From NCBI GenBank assembly GCA_012033255.1, contig JAAUSF010000003.1, positions 16,247-80,246 of the forward strand: 64,000 bases of DNA. Reading direction: 5' to 3'. The notes beneath the pieces were generated by a model, which worked only from the letters and a program-made list of their open reading frames with translations, did not search any database and was not told the DNA's origin. The position numbers and the translations under genes are program-made. The DNA comes from Cyanobacteria bacterium RU_5_0 (GTDB lineage Bacteria; Cyanobacteriota; Cyanobacteriia; Elainellales; Elainellaceae). Positions 51,575 through 62,352 of the stretch are shown piece after piece. The stretch's first letter is position 1, and each line of letters begins with the position of its first letter.

Positions 51575-52000
51575 AATGTTTAATCACAATCGGTTGATTG
51601 TCTTGTTCTCGAATACCTCAATACACCAGAGAATTGGCGCGTTCATAAATTTTATCCTTGATCGCAATATTGACTCAGGAAAGCATTTATTTACACTCCT
51701 GATTACTGATTGCCGCATCCAAAACTGAATTCCTTATGAAATCTTACTTAACTTATTTATCTTCCTTAATTAAGAAGATACAGTAATTTTAAAGAAACTA
51801 CAGTGATTTGCTGTAGGCTGCGATGCAGGTAGCGGATGTAGCAGACGAGAGGTGAATCAAATCATCTGGTTTTCATTTGACGCTTTTCAGGCATCCTCAT
51901 AATGCCAATCGATCGCTCGATTATCAGAAGAAATTGGATCTTGAGGTAGGATAATATTCTGCCTTGAAGAATATTAGGCAGACTCGATTCTCACTGAGAA

Positions 52001-52972
52001 TTGAAACTCCATTCTTTATTAGAACTTCAGAAGCATTTTGAGAGTGTAGGTATGAGAAAGAGTTTGCAGCAACAAATCAGTTTTTTCCTGGTGACAGGAA
52101 TTGCGTTCTTAATTTTTTTGGTTTCTTGTCAAGAAATGCCTCAAGCTCAACAATCTCCTTCTGCGACTCCACCAAGCCAGACTGACCCTACCATCGTCCC
52201 TGTGCAGTTGCCACCTTTGCCTTACAACTATGACGCGCTGGAACCTTATATTGATGCTGAAACTATGATGGTGCATCACGATCGGCACCATGCAACCTAT
52301 GTCGATCGACTGAATGAAGCGATACAACAGAATCCTGATCTACAAGGCGTTAGTGTTGTCACAATGCTACAGGATTTGAATCGGGTTCCGGAAGCCATTC
52401 GCACAGCGATTCGTAATAATGGTGGCGGACATCTCAATCACACTATGTTTTGGCAAATTATGGCTCCCAATGCGGGGGGGCAACCGACAGGTGCCTTGGC
52501 AGAGGCTATCAACAGCACCTTTGGCAATTTTGATACGTTTAAGCAGCAATTCAATCAAGCTGGGAGCAGTCGATTTGGCAGTGGTTGGGTCTGGCTCGTT
52601 CTCAACTCTCAAGGGCAACTGCAAATCGTTTCAACAGCCAATCAAGACAGCCCAATTATGGATGGCTTATATCCTGTAATGGGGAATGATGTTTGGGAAC
52701 ACGCTTATTATCTTAAGTATCAAAATCGTCGCGTTGAATACTTAGATAACTGGTGGAATGTGGTGAATTGGACTGAGGTCGATCGCCGCTTTACTCAAGC
52801 GAAAGGGCTACAGGCACAACTCTCCACACGTAGGCTTCAGGCTGTAAGTTCCCAGGAATTTCGACAGGCTAACGGCACAGCTGAACGGCTGCCGATAACC
52901 TGTGCTTATTACCAGCAGCAATCTCCTGTCGTACCATCTCAGCTATTCGATCCCACTGATCATCCGTTGTAG
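52001..52972 (+). CDS. sodA: Mn-type superoxide dismutase, membrane-anchored, with C-terminal extension
   Basis: Probable start MRKSLQQ at about 52052; TM anchor; Fe/Mn-SOD motifs HHDRHH, GGGHLNH, 'ANQDSP' (Mn-type), DVWEHAYY; about 70-aa non-SOD C-terminal tail. Confidence 0.8.
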   Translation: MKLHSLLELQKHFESVGMRKSLQQQISFFLVTGIAFLIFLVSCQEMPQAQQSPSATPPSQTDPTIVPVQLPPLPYNYDALEPYIDAETMMVHHDRHHATYVDRLNEAIQQNPDLQGVSVVTMLQDLNRVPEAIRTAIRNNGGGHLNHTMFWQIMAPNAGGQPTGALAEAINSTFGNFDTFKQQFNQAGSSRFGSGWVWLVLNSQGQLQIVSTANQDSPIMDGLYPVMGNDVWEHAYYLKYQNRRVEYLDNWWNVVNWTEVDRRFTQAKGLQAQLSTRRLQAVSSQEFRQANGTAERLPITCAYYQQQSPVVPSQLFDPTDHPL

Positions 52973-53116
52973 ATTCAAACTGAACTTTCCCATGTCTGTT
53001 CATCCTCCATCTCAACCAGGAGACGAGCAGCGATCGCGTCCTGCTCGTCCGCAGGCAAAGTTTTCAGTTGGGCAATCACCCGTTCAAGTAACTCTGTCAA
53101 TATTAGGGATTATTCA

Positions 53117-53353
53117 GCAACAGAAATTCGAGAAAAAGCAGGATTGGGTTCGACCGATGAAATTGATGTAATCATTGGCGGTTTACCATGCCAAGCCTTT
53201 AGCAGTGCAGGAAAACGGCAAGGATTTAATGACGATCGAGGCAATGTTTTTTTAACATTCATCGATTTAATCATTGAACAAAATAACAAAATTTTCTTCA
53301 GAGAATTGATCTGTGTTGGTCTAAAAATTCCCAGAATCAAGGGAGATTGGTAA
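53117..53353 (+). pseudogene. remnant of DNA cytosine-5 methyltransferase (motif IV region only)
   Basis: In-frame 'DEIDVIIGGLPCQAFSSAGKRQGFNDDRGNVFLTFIDLI' matches the Dcm motif IV (PCQ) and following RG.LF block; motif I (FxGxGG) and C-terminal TRD are absent. Confidence 0.55.
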
Positions 53354-53403
53354 TCTAGGATCAGCGATCCCTCTGTAAAGCGATTCAGGCACATCCTAAA
53401 GAT

Positions 53404-54513
53404 ATGATCCATCCTTTCCTTACACGGCTTCATAGTTCCAATCGCCCAGTAATCGTTTTCGACGGCGCAATGGGCACCAATCTTCAAGTACAGAATTTGA
53501 CGGCAGAGGATTTTGGTGGAGCCGAATATGAAGGCTGCAATGAATATCTCGTCGTGACGAGACCTGATGCCGTTGCCAAAGTGCATCGAGATTTTCTTGC
53601 GGCGGGAGCCGATGTAATTGAGACCGATACCTTTGGCGGCGCGTCGATCGTCTTGGCGGAGTATGATTTAGCCGATCGCGCTTATGAATTAAACAAAAAA
53701 GCCGCAGAATTGGCAAAACGCTGTACCACAGAATTCTCGACTCTTGAAAAACCGCGCTTTGTTGCTGGATCTATCGGTCCCACCACCAAACTGCCTACCC
53801 TGGGACATATCGACTATGACCCAATGAAAGCCTCCTTCGCGGAACAAGCAGAAGGTTTGTATGACGGCGGTGTAGACTTGTTCATTGTCGAAACCTGTCA
53901 GGATGTGTTGCAGATTAAAGCGGCTTTGAATGCGATCGAAGAAGTCTTCGCCCAAAAAGGCGATCGGCTTCCCTTGATGGTCTCCGTCACGATGGAACTT
54001 CAGGGCACGATGCTGGTTGGCTCTGATGTTGCCGCCATGTTAGCGATTCTGGAACCTTACCCGATCGACATCCTGGGACTGAACTGTGCAACAGGACCCG
54101 ATCGGATGGCAGAACATATTCGCTATTTATCACAACAGTCTCCATTCGTCATTTCCTGCATCCCCAATGCAGGCATCCCTGAAAACGTAGGTGGTCACGC
54201 CCACTACAAGCTGACCCCAATGGAACTCCGCATGGCGCTCATGCACTTCGTCGATGATTTGGGAGTGCAAGTGATTGGCGGGTGTTGCGGAACTCGCCCC
54301 GATCATATTCAACAATTAGCAGAGATCGCCCCCACCTTAAAACCCAAAGATCGCCCCGTGCGCGTGGGGACTAACGGCATAACCGACTTAGGAAGCGATT
54401 ATGTCTCCTCCATCTCCCCATCCCCCCATCTCCCCGCCCTTCCCTCAACTACATCCCTTCTGCTGCCTCAATTTATTCGGCTCAGCCCTACGATCAAGAC
54501 AATTCGTTCCTGA
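53404..54513 (+). CDS. metH: methionine synthase MetH, N-terminal homocysteine-binding part (gene interrupted by apparent frameshift)
   Basis: Hcy S-methyltransferase domain (…[11 protein letters not shown]…); reading frame ends in a C-rich tract; continuation is in frame 0 from about 54375. Confidence 0.75.
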   Translation: MIHPFLTRLHSSNRPVIVFDGAMGTNLQVQNLTAEDFGGAEYEGCNEYLVVTRPDAVAKVHRDFLAAGADVIETDTFGGASIVLAEYDLADRAYELNKKAAELAKRCTTEFSTLEKPRFVAGSIGPTTKLPTLGHIDYDPMKASFAEQAEGLYDGGVDLFIVETCQDVLQIKAALNAIEEVFAQKGDRLPLMVSVTMELQGTMLVGSDVAAMLAILEPYPIDILGLNCATGPDRMAEHIRYLSQQSPFVISCIPNAGIPENVGGHAHYKLTPMELRMALMHFVDDLGVQVIGGCCGTRPDHIQQLAEIAPTLKPKDRPVRVGTNGITDLGSDYVSSISPSPHLPALPSTTSLLLPQFIRLSPTIKTIRS

Positions 54514-54587
54514 TTATTGGCGAACGCCTCAATGCCAGTGGTTCTAAAAAGTGCCGCGATCTCCTCAATGCAGAAGATTGGGATGGA

Positions 54588-57086
54588 TTGGTGGCGTTAG
54601 CTCGATCGCAAGTCCGCGAAGGGGCACATATCCTGGATGTCAACGTTGATTATGTGGGGCGTGACGGAGTGCGGGATATGCGAGAGTTAGTGTCACGCCT
54701 CGTAACGAATGTTAACCTGCCGTTGATGCTCGATTCCACGGAGTGGCAAAAGATGGAGGCAGGGCTGAAAGTTGCAGGTGGCAAGTGCATCCTCAATTCC
54801 ACTAACTACGAAGATGGCGATGAGCGCTTCTTCAAAGTGCTGGAGTTGGCAAAACAATATGGTGCAGGGATTGTCGTCGGGACGATCGATGAAGAGGGGA
54901 TGGCGCGATCGGCAGAGAAAAAGGTTGCGATCGCTCAGCGAGCCTATCGAGATGCACTCGACTTTGGCATTCCGTCCTACGAAATCTTCTACGATCCATT
55001 AGCACTGCCCATTTCTACCGGGATTGAAGAAGATCGGGTGAATGGCAAAGAGACGATCGAAGCGATCCGTTTAATTCGTCAACATTTGCCCGGAGTGCAT
55101 ATTGTTCTAGGGGTCTCCAATGTTTCATTTGGTCTGAGTCCGGCGGCGCGGATGGCGCTAAACTCGATGTTTCTGCACGAAGCAATGGCAGTGGGCATGG
55201 ATGGGGCGATCGTCAGTGCCGCAAAGATTTTGCCCCTTGCTAAGATTGATCCCAACCATCAAGAAATTTGTCGCAAGTTGATCTACGATGAGCGTCAGTT
55301 TGACGGCAATGTCTGCATCTATGATCCGCTCACCGTCCTGACGACCCTGTTTGAGGGCGTATCGGCAAAAGATTCGCGATCGGGCGGCTCAATCGTTGAT
55401 CTGCCGATCGAGCAACGCTTGAAACGTCACATTATTGATGGCGAACGAATTGGCTTGGAAGCGGCGCTGGCGATCGCGCTCGAAACCTATGCCCCTCTCG
55501 ACATCATCAACACATTCCTGCTAGATGGCATGAAAGTCGTTGGTGAACTGTTCGGTTCCGGACAGATGCAACTTCCCTTCGTGTTGCAATCGGCAGAAAC
55601 CATGAAAGCGGCAGTTGCTTACCTGGAACCGTATATGGAGAAAGAAGATTCCAATCAGTCAAAAGGAATTGTTGTGATCGCAACGGTGAAAGGCGATGTT
55701 CACGATATCGGTAAGAATCTAGTGGATATCATCCTGACGAACAACGGTTACAAAGTAATCAATCTCGGTATCAAACAACCCGTTGAAAATATCATTGATG
55801 CATATCATAAACACAATGCAGATTGTATTGCGATGAGTGGTCTATTGGTGAAATCGACGGCGTTCATGAAAGAAAACTTGCACGTATTTAATGAACGCAA
55901 CATCACCGTTCCTGTCATTCTCGGTGGAGCTGCCCTCACCCCCAAATTTGTTCACGAAGACTGCCAAAATACTTACAACGGTCGAGTGGTATATGGCAAA
56001 GACGCTTTCTCTGATCTGCATTTCATGGACAAATTGATGCCCGCCAAGGCGCAAAACAATTGGGACGATCTCAAAGGGTTTTTAGACGAAGTGAAAGATG
56101 CAGATACGGAGTCGATCGCTGAGACTCAACCCTCCCAAGCGGAAAACTCCAGTCATCCTGCATCCTGCATCCTGCATCCTTCCCAATCCGACAGCCGCCG
56201 ATCGGATGCAGTTGCGGTTGACATTGATCGCCCGACTCCGCCATTTTGGGGGACAAAAATTTTGCGACCCGATGAGATTCCGCTAGAAGAACTCTTCTGG
56301 CATCTCGATTTGCAAGCCTTGATTGCCGGACAGTGGCAGTTCCGCAAACCGAAAGACCAATCGCGAGAAGAGTACGATCGCTTCCTGACTGAAAAAGTCT
56401 ATCCCATCTTAGACGCATGGAAGCAGCGCATTGTCACTGAAAAACTGCTGCATCCCCACGTGGTCTATGGTTACTTTCCCTGTTTATCAGAAGGAAATGC
56501 ATTGCATTTGTATGATCCGGCGATCGTCCAGGATGAGAATCTTGCCCCTCCTGGAGAACCCGTTGCCACCCTCCACTTCCCGCGCCAAAAATCCCTCCGT
56601 CGCCTCTGCATCGCCGATTTCTACTTACCCAAAGACTCCAAAATCCAAAATCCAAAATCCAAAATCCAAAATTCCCAGGATGTTTTCCCCATGCAAGCCG
56701 TAACAGTCGGCGAAATTGCGACCGAATATGCTAAAACCCTATTCGAGTCAAATCAATACACCGATTATCTCTACTTCCACGGACTCGCCGTACAAATGGC
56801 AGAAGCCTTAGCCGAATGGACACACGCCCGCATTCGTCGAGAACTTGGATTGGCTGCCGCAGAACCCAACACCATCCGTGATATGCTGGCTCAACGCTAT
56901 CAAGGGTCGCGCTATAGCTTCGGCTATCCGGCTTGTCCAAATATCCACGATCAATACACGCTGCTAAATTTACTGGATGCGAAGCAAATTGGACTTCATA
57001 TGGATGAAAGCGAACAGCTTTATCCAGAACAATCAACAACCGCGATCGTCGCCTATCACCCAGCAGCGAAGTATTTCAGCGCCTAA
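54588..57086 (+). CDS. metH: methionine synthase MetH, pterin-binding, B12-binding and AdoMet-activation domains (downstream part of the interrupted gene)
   Basis: Frame 0 is open from 54375 and reads …[35 protein letters not shown]… (canonical start of the pterin domain), then B12 motif 'GDVHDIGKN' and the activation domain; TTG at 54588 is only the track's first start. Confidence 0.8.
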   Translation: MVALARSQVREGAHILDVNVDYVGRDGVRDMRELVSRLVTNVNLPLMLDSTEWQKMEAGLKVAGGKCILNSTNYEDGDERFFKVLELAKQYGAGIVVGTIDEEGMARSAEKKVAIAQRAYRDALDFGIPSYEIFYDPLALPISTGIEEDRVNGKETIEAIRLIRQHLPGVHIVLGVSNVSFGLSPAARMALNSMFLHEAMAVGMDGAIVSAAKILPLAKIDPNHQEICRKLIYDERQFDGNVCIYDPLTVLTTLFEGVSAKDSRSGGSIVDLPIEQRLKRHIIDGERIGLEAALAIALETYAPLDIINTFLLDGMKVVGELFGSGQMQLPFVLQSAETMKAAVAYLEPYMEKEDSNQSKGIVVIATVKGDVHDIGKNLVDIILTNNGYKVINLGIKQPVENIIDAYHKHNADCIAMSGLLVKSTAFMKENLHVFNERNITVPVILGGAALTPKFVHEDCQNTYNGRVVYGKDAFSDLHFMDKLMPAKAQNNWDDLKGFLDEVKDADTESIAETQPSQAENSSHPASCILHPSQSDSRRSDAVAVDIDRPTPPFWGTKILRPDEIPLEELFWHLDLQALIAGQWQFRKPKDQSREEYDRFLTEKVYPILDAWKQRIVTEKLLHPHVVYGYFPCLSEGNALHLYDPAIVQDENLAPPGEPVATLHFPRQKSLRRLCIADFYLPKDSKIQNPKSKIQNSQDVFPMQAVTVGEIATEYAKTLFESNQYTDYLYFHGLAVQMAEALAEWTHARIRRELGLAAAEPNTIRDMLAQRYQGSRYSFGYPACPNIHDQYTLLNLLDAKQIGLHMDESEQLYPEQSTTAIVAYHPAAKYFSA
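56154..56181. repeat. heptanucleotide tandem repeat (CATCCTG x about 4) inside the metH coding sequence
   Basis: catcctgcatcctgcatcctgcatcct; encodes [11 protein letters not shown] in a linker. Confidence 0.7.
56637..56671. repeat. heptanucleotide tandem repeat (TCCAAAA x5) inside the metH coding sequence
   Basis: Five perfect TCCAAAA units; encodes [13 protein letters not shown]. Confidence 0.75.
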
Positions 57087-57391
57087 AATTTTTCCGATTC
57101 TAAATTAGTAGGGTGGGTATCGCCCACAAAGGTTTGGCACAGAAGCATTTTACGGTTTGATGGGCAAACGGAAAGTCAAGGGTTCTAGGGTTTTAGTTGC
57201 ACGTCACATACTACCCCTATTCAGTACTGCTTGCCATCAGACGAAGAAATGTTTCCAAAAGATATGTAAAGGTTTGTTAATTTTCGTAAAATTTTGTGAT
57301 AATTTAATGAGGAGGGTTGAGGCTTTATCGCTCAAACGCTCGCAGTTCGACCTTTTTGCAGTCATGAATTTAGTAAAGTTAGGTTTGTACT

Positions 57392-58351
57392 ATGTCAATT
57401 ACCATTGATTCAGCCCGTGGTATTTTCCCAACAACTCTATCGGCTGATGCAGTACCAGCCACGATCGCCAGATTCAAGCAACTTAGTGCCGAAGACCAAC
57501 TAGCATGGACGTGGTTTGCTTATCTTGAAATGGGTAAGACAATCACAGTTGCTGCTCCAGGGGCGGCTAGTATGCAGTTTGCAGAAGAAACTCTGAATCA
57601 AATTCGGCAAATGACTGCCTCCGAGCAAACGCAGATTATGTGTGACCTGGCAAACAATGCTGACACACCGACTTGCCGCACCTATGCCACCTGGTCTGCC
57701 AATATCAAGCTAGGGTTCTGGTATCAACTTGGGCAATGGATGGATCAAGGTATCGTCGCTCCAATTCCAGCAGGCTATCAGCTTTCTGCCAATGCTTCAG
57801 CAGTGCTGCAAGCGGTCAGAGAATTGGATCAGGGGCAACAAATTACAGTATTACGCAGTGCTGTGGTTGACATGGGGTTTGATCCGAGACAGTTGGGCAA
57901 TTACACCAGAGTGGCTGAACCTGTTGTTGCTCCCAAGGATCTGTCACAACGAACTCAAGTCACCATTGAAGGCGTTACTGAGCCAACGGTACTGAGCTAC
58001 ATGAACAATTTGAATGCGAATGACTTTGGGGCTTTGATTGATTTATTCGCGCCTGATGCTGCCCTGCAACCTCCTTTCCAAAGACCGATCGTCGGCAGAG
58101 ATGCCATCCTCCGATTTTTTAATGAGGAATGCCAAAACCTCAAGTTGATACCGGAGCGAGGCGTTGCTGAACCCGCAGAAGATGGTTTCACTCAGGTGAA
58201 AGTCACTGGCAGAGTGCAAACTCCTTGGTTCGGTGCCGGTGTGGGAATGAATATGGCTTGGCGGTTTTTGCTCAACCCTAAGGGAAAAATTTTCTTTGTG
58301 GCCATTGATTTGTTGGCATCTCCTAAGGAACTGTTGAATCTGGTTCGCTAG
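57392..58351 (+). CDS. ocp: orange carotenoid protein (OCP)
   Basis: 319 aa; near-identical blocks to characterised OCP (MSITIDSARGIFPTTLSADAVPATIARF…WFAYLEMGKT…; C-terminal NTF2-like domain …GKIFFVAIDLLASPKELLN). Confidence 0.93.
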   Translation: MSITIDSARGIFPTTLSADAVPATIARFKQLSAEDQLAWTWFAYLEMGKTITVAAPGAASMQFAEETLNQIRQMTASEQTQIMCDLANNADTPTCRTYATWSANIKLGFWYQLGQWMDQGIVAPIPAGYQLSANASAVLQAVRELDQGQQITVLRSAVVDMGFDPRQLGNYTRVAEPVVAPKDLSQRTQVTIEGVTEPTVLSYMNNLNANDFGALIDLFAPDAALQPPFQRPIVGRDAILRFFNEECQNLKLIPERGVAEPAEDGFTQVKVTGRVQTPWFGAGVGMNMAWRFLLNPKGKIFFVAIDLLASPKELLNLVR

Positions 58352-58470
58352 AGAAATGTTGGGTGTCCGTATGTCTTGACTGATTGTGTGAGCGCTCTCT
58401 AGCCAAGGGCGCTCCGCAATTTTGAAGCAAATGACGTAATTCGATACAATAGATGACCGCGTAGATTTTA

Positions 58471-58806
58471 ATGTTTGTGATGCAAGTGAGTGACGTTGAG
58501 TGGTCTAAGACCGAGAAGGAGATAGCTCAAGCTGCCTTTGAGAAAGCCTATGAGCGAGAAATTCAGACTGTGGTTAAGGAAGTTTGCAAAAGAGCCAGTT
58601 CGATCGCACAGCCTGATGATATGTGGCAGTTACACGATTTCTTAAGTGCCAGGAGACACGAGATAGATGGCAAGTACGACTATAGGTATTCAGTTCTCAT
58701 CTTTGTCTTTGCCAGGTTGGTCAAAGAAGGGTGGCTCCATCTTGATGAACTAGAGGGATTGAGTACAGATAAGCTAACTAAGGTAGCGGCTCTTACGCGC
58801 ATGTGA
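58471..58806 (+). CDS. frp: fluorescence recovery protein (FRP)
   Basis: 111 aa; 'WSKTEKEIAQAAFEKAYERE…LHDFLSARRHEIDGKYDYRYSVLIFVFARLVKEG' matches FRP; immediately downstream of ocp. Confidence 0.88.
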   Translation: MFVMQVSDVEWSKTEKEIAQAAFEKAYEREIQTVVKEVCKRASSIAQPDDMWQLHDFLSARRHEIDGKYDYRYSVLIFVFARLVKEGWLHLDELEGLSTDKLTKVAALTRM

Positions 58807-59311
58807 GAGGTTCATTACTGAAGTAGACCCAACCAGTTAGACAATTTTGAGGGATGTCTAAGCTCTGAAAATTGAGATCTCTATGTCCTGGCTCAAGCTG
58901 CTTCAGAGATCGATCGCGCTTCCCACGACCGGGACAGCCAGAGGTGGCTTAGTTCTTATCCTGGCCTCATTCCCTGGCGATCGCCCAGCCATTTTTCATG
59001 GCTGGCGCATTTTCATGTGTCCTTACAGCCATTTGAGAGAACCACACAAGCAAGTCAGAGTTTTCCGGAAAACTTCTCTCACTCATGCCCCTGGTTCATC
59101 CACTCGGAGGACGTTAGACTTGCAGAACTTAGGTCAACCTAGTGGTATATCGAGTTGTAGCTTAACGGAGGAGGGGTTTAGGTTGAAATCACAATCGAAT
59201 TTGAATGTTCTTAAAGCCTAGATTCTTCGAGGATTCTTCGAGGCAGTTCTGATTTGCCATAGAGCAAAATCGGTTCAAGCGCGATCGAATTGAACTGTCA
59301 GGGTAAAAGAT

Positions 59312-61731
59312 ATGCAGCCTGGTATTTCAACAAATGCCACACCGAATAACTACAGCCGACATCCCATGAGCCAGCCCCCTTTCTGGCGATACCTAATGAT
59401 TATCGGTGCGATCGCCATTGCCTATTTTTTAACCGCCAGATTAGCTCTTTCGATGCTCAATTTGGGTTTTGAAGCCTCTCCTTTGTGGCCCCCGGCTGGA
59501 ATTGCATTAACGGCTCTCCTGTGGCATGGACAATGGGCATGGATAGGAGTTGCGATCGGTGTTTTTTATTGAACCATTCGGTAGGCGCTCCCGTCGATCT
59601 CTCTTTGGGTTCAATTTTGAGTAGCACCACGCAAGCCATTGTCGGAGCTTTCGTTCTCAAGTGGGTAAAATTCGACACTTCCTTGAAACACTTGCGAGAT
59701 GTACTCCAGTTCATAGGTTTAGGAGTTTTGGCGACTCCTATCGTCAATGCCACTCTTGGCACTCTAGCAGCATGTCTGATTGGATACATAGAGTGGAATC
59801 AGGCGGCTCAAAACTGGTGGACGATTTGGTTAGGGGATGGTATGGGCATTCTTGTATTCACTCCGCTCTTGCTAGCAATGCGATCCCGCAGAGTAAAACT
59901 TTTTTTAGCAACCTCCAATTTATTTGATTTATTTTCGTCTCGGCGTGTGTTGGAAAAAGTCGTTTGGTTAGCATCGCTCATTCTTGTCAGTTGGATTGTG
60001 TTTTACACCAATACTGGAGAAGCGATCGCCACCTATCCTTTAGAATATTTACCTTTCCCACTAGTGATGTGGGCAGCCCTCCGCTTCGGACAAGTCAGAG
60101 CGGTGTTGGCAAGCTTCATTCTGTCCATCATTGCGATCGGTGGTACGATTTCTGGGCATGGTCCTTTCATTGCCAAAGCTGACGATCCACGGCAAGTTGT
60201 CCTGTTGCTGCAAGCCTTCATCGGCGTGATTACGATTACTGCAATGATTTTGGCGGCAGTCATGGCAGAACACCAACAGGCTGAGCAAGAATTACGGGTT
60301 GTCGCAGAACACAATCGCTTAGTTGGTGAAATGGCACTGCGGATTCGCCAATCCCTTGATTTAGATGAAATCTTATATACGACGGTGGAAGAAGTACGGC
60401 GATTTCTGAGCGCCGATCGGGTTTTCTTTTGCTGTTTTGATGCTAATGGTCAAGGTGAAGTTGTCGCTGAATCCGTAGAATCCGGCTGGACATCTGTTTT
60501 GGGCGCAACGATCGATCCCGCCAGCTATTACGACCTGCAAAATATGTTCAGCGATGGGCAAATTTGCATTGTAGAAGATGCTGCCCAAATCGAAGAAACG
60601 TCGCCCTTCGTTGAACAGTATTATCACCATTACCAAATCAAAGCAAACATTGGCGTACCGATTACCCTGAACGATCAGCCTTGTGATTGGACTGTCGGAA
60701 TGCCAGAGTTCGGAATTCTAAAGCGTGGACGCATGAAAGCGCAAGAACTCAGTACCCAAGTTCTAACCTACCACTCCCCCACTCCCTCACCCCCTCATTC
60801 CCTTACTTTTCCTCACCTCTTCGGCATTCTTGTCGTCAATCAATGCTCCCATTCGCGTCGATGGCAACCCATGGAAATCGAGCTACTGAAACAATTGGGA
60901 ACCCAGGTTGCGATCGCGATTCAGCAAGGACAACTCTATCAACAAGTGCAAACTCTCAATGCCAACCTGGAGCAACAGGTTGCTGAACGAACGCTACAAC
61001 TGCAAGAAAACATGGCGGAATTAGAGGAACTCAATCGCTTGCGGGATGTATTTCTCCATGCGATCGCCCATGATCTCCGCACGACTGTGATGGGCAGCGT
61101 CATGATCTTGCAAAACTTGCAGAATCAATCGGGTGAACAGATTCCTGTCTCTCGCGTCTTACTAGAGCGAATGATTCAATCAGGCGAAATTCAACTTTGC
61201 AAACTCAACTCGCTACTAGAAGCCTACAAAAACAAAACCGAAGGACTCATCCTCAACTATGAGCGAATGTCGTTACCAACGCTGATTCAAACGGCGGTAA
61301 CTGAGTTGAAACCCATATTTGACACCAATCAGGCGATCGTAATTAACCAAATCCCCTCAAAACTGCCTCCTCTAATAGCCGACTCAACGCAAATTCAGCG
61401 CGTGTTCAAGCATCTTTTGGTTAATGCGGTAAAACATAACCCTCCGGGCGTGAAAATCATGGTACAAGCGGCGATCGACGGGCAGACATTACGCTGCACG
61501 GTCGAGGATAACGGCAAGGGCATGAGTGTAAATCAATGCGATCGGTTGTTTGATCTTCGCATTGGAAATTCACCAGAACGGCAACTTACAGGCATTAGTC
61601 TCGGTTTATATCTCTGCCATCAAATCATCATGGCACATGGGGGTGAAATCGGTGTAGACAGCGAACTGGGCAAAGGTTCCCGCTTCTGGTTTACTTTGCC
61701 ATTAACCTTTCAGCCTTTGGCAATGTCCTAA
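59312..61731 (+). CDS. sensor histidine kinase with MASE1 membrane domain, GAF domain and HisKA/HATPase_c; interrupted by a 1-nt frameshift at a T6 run (about 59563-59568)
   Basis: ORFs 59312..59572 and 59485..61731 are parts of one MASE1 domain. Adding one T to the T6 run gives a continuous …IGVAIGVFLLNHSVGAPVDLSLGS… Downstream H-box 'HAIAHDLRTT' and ATPase G-boxes. Confidence 0.75.
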
Positions 61732-61767
61732 CCACGCTGGCTACTGCTATACAATCAGAATTAGAAT

Positions 61768-62076
61768 TCAATCTTTCTTGCTGTTGATTGCTGTCACCGC
61801 ATAGTGACGCATTTCTTCGATCGCATCCACAAACGGACGGACAGCCGAAAAAAAGGCTTGAAACTCTGGACTTTTACGAAATCCCTGTAAGTGCCCGTCC
61901 TCAGAGTCCCATTCAATTCGTAAGATGTAATACTTTGCATCTTCCGTACACTGGGAAAGTTCATACCCAAAACAATGCACAGAGGCAATCAGAGAGGTTT
62001 GTGCCTGTTGATAGGCTTGCTCAAAAGAGTCTCGCTGATTGTCAGCAATTTTGTAACGAATATATTCAACAATCAT
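61768..62076 (-). CDS. antibiotic-biosynthesis-monooxygenase (ABM/Dabb) domain protein
   Basis: About 102 aa from MIVEYIRYKI…; ABM fold pattern; the longer track ORF extends over the palindromic hairpin and is rejected. Confidence 0.55.
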   Translation of the reverse strand: MIVEYIRYKIADNQRDSFEQAYQQAQTSLIASVHCFGYELSQCTEDAKYYILRIEWDSEDGHLQGFRKSPEFQAFFSAVRPFVDAIEEMRHYAVTAINSKKD

Positions 62077-62100
62077 GGATTTATAGCCATAGTCATAGTG

Positions 62101-62158
62101 GTTAGGACATTTTTGTGGGGCGGCGAAGCCGCCCCACAAAAATGTCGCATGTCCTAAC
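62101..62158. repeat. GC-clamped palindromic hairpin element (second member of the family seen at 46761-46817)
   Basis: gttaggacatttttgtggggcggc-gaa-gccgccccacaaaaatgtc(gcat)gtcctaac; 16-bp perfect inner stem with GAA triloop plus 8-bp outer stem; in the divergent ABM/LysR intergenic region. Confidence 0.55.
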
Positions 62159-62352
62159 TTAGCTGACTACAGCTATACATTGTAATTAACGTTGCAAAAC
62201 ACCCCAAAAAGCATAATTCTTTTCGTTCGCCTGATCTTTGATCTCAATCAGGCCGAATTTAAAACCATTGGCAATGATGCCCGGTAATAAAGAATATCGC
62301 TTCTTTCTCAATCATTGCTAAGCTGTAGCTATTTGTCCAATGGATTAATCAT

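Noticed and set aside
53110-53586. 158-aa minus-strand ORF
   Set aside because: It is antisense to the methyltransferase remnant and to the start of metH. It is likely a chance ORF.
58883-59221. 112-aa plus-strand ORF between frp and the MASE1 kinase gene
   Set aside because: No recognisable motifs and an atypical composition. It possibly covers a promoter region. Not reported as a gene.
62077-62139. Extended N-terminus (MWGGFAAPQKCPNHYDYGYKS) of the ABM-domain ORF
   Set aside because: It is the translation of the palindromic hairpin at 62101-62158. The internal Met gives a normal-length ABM protein.
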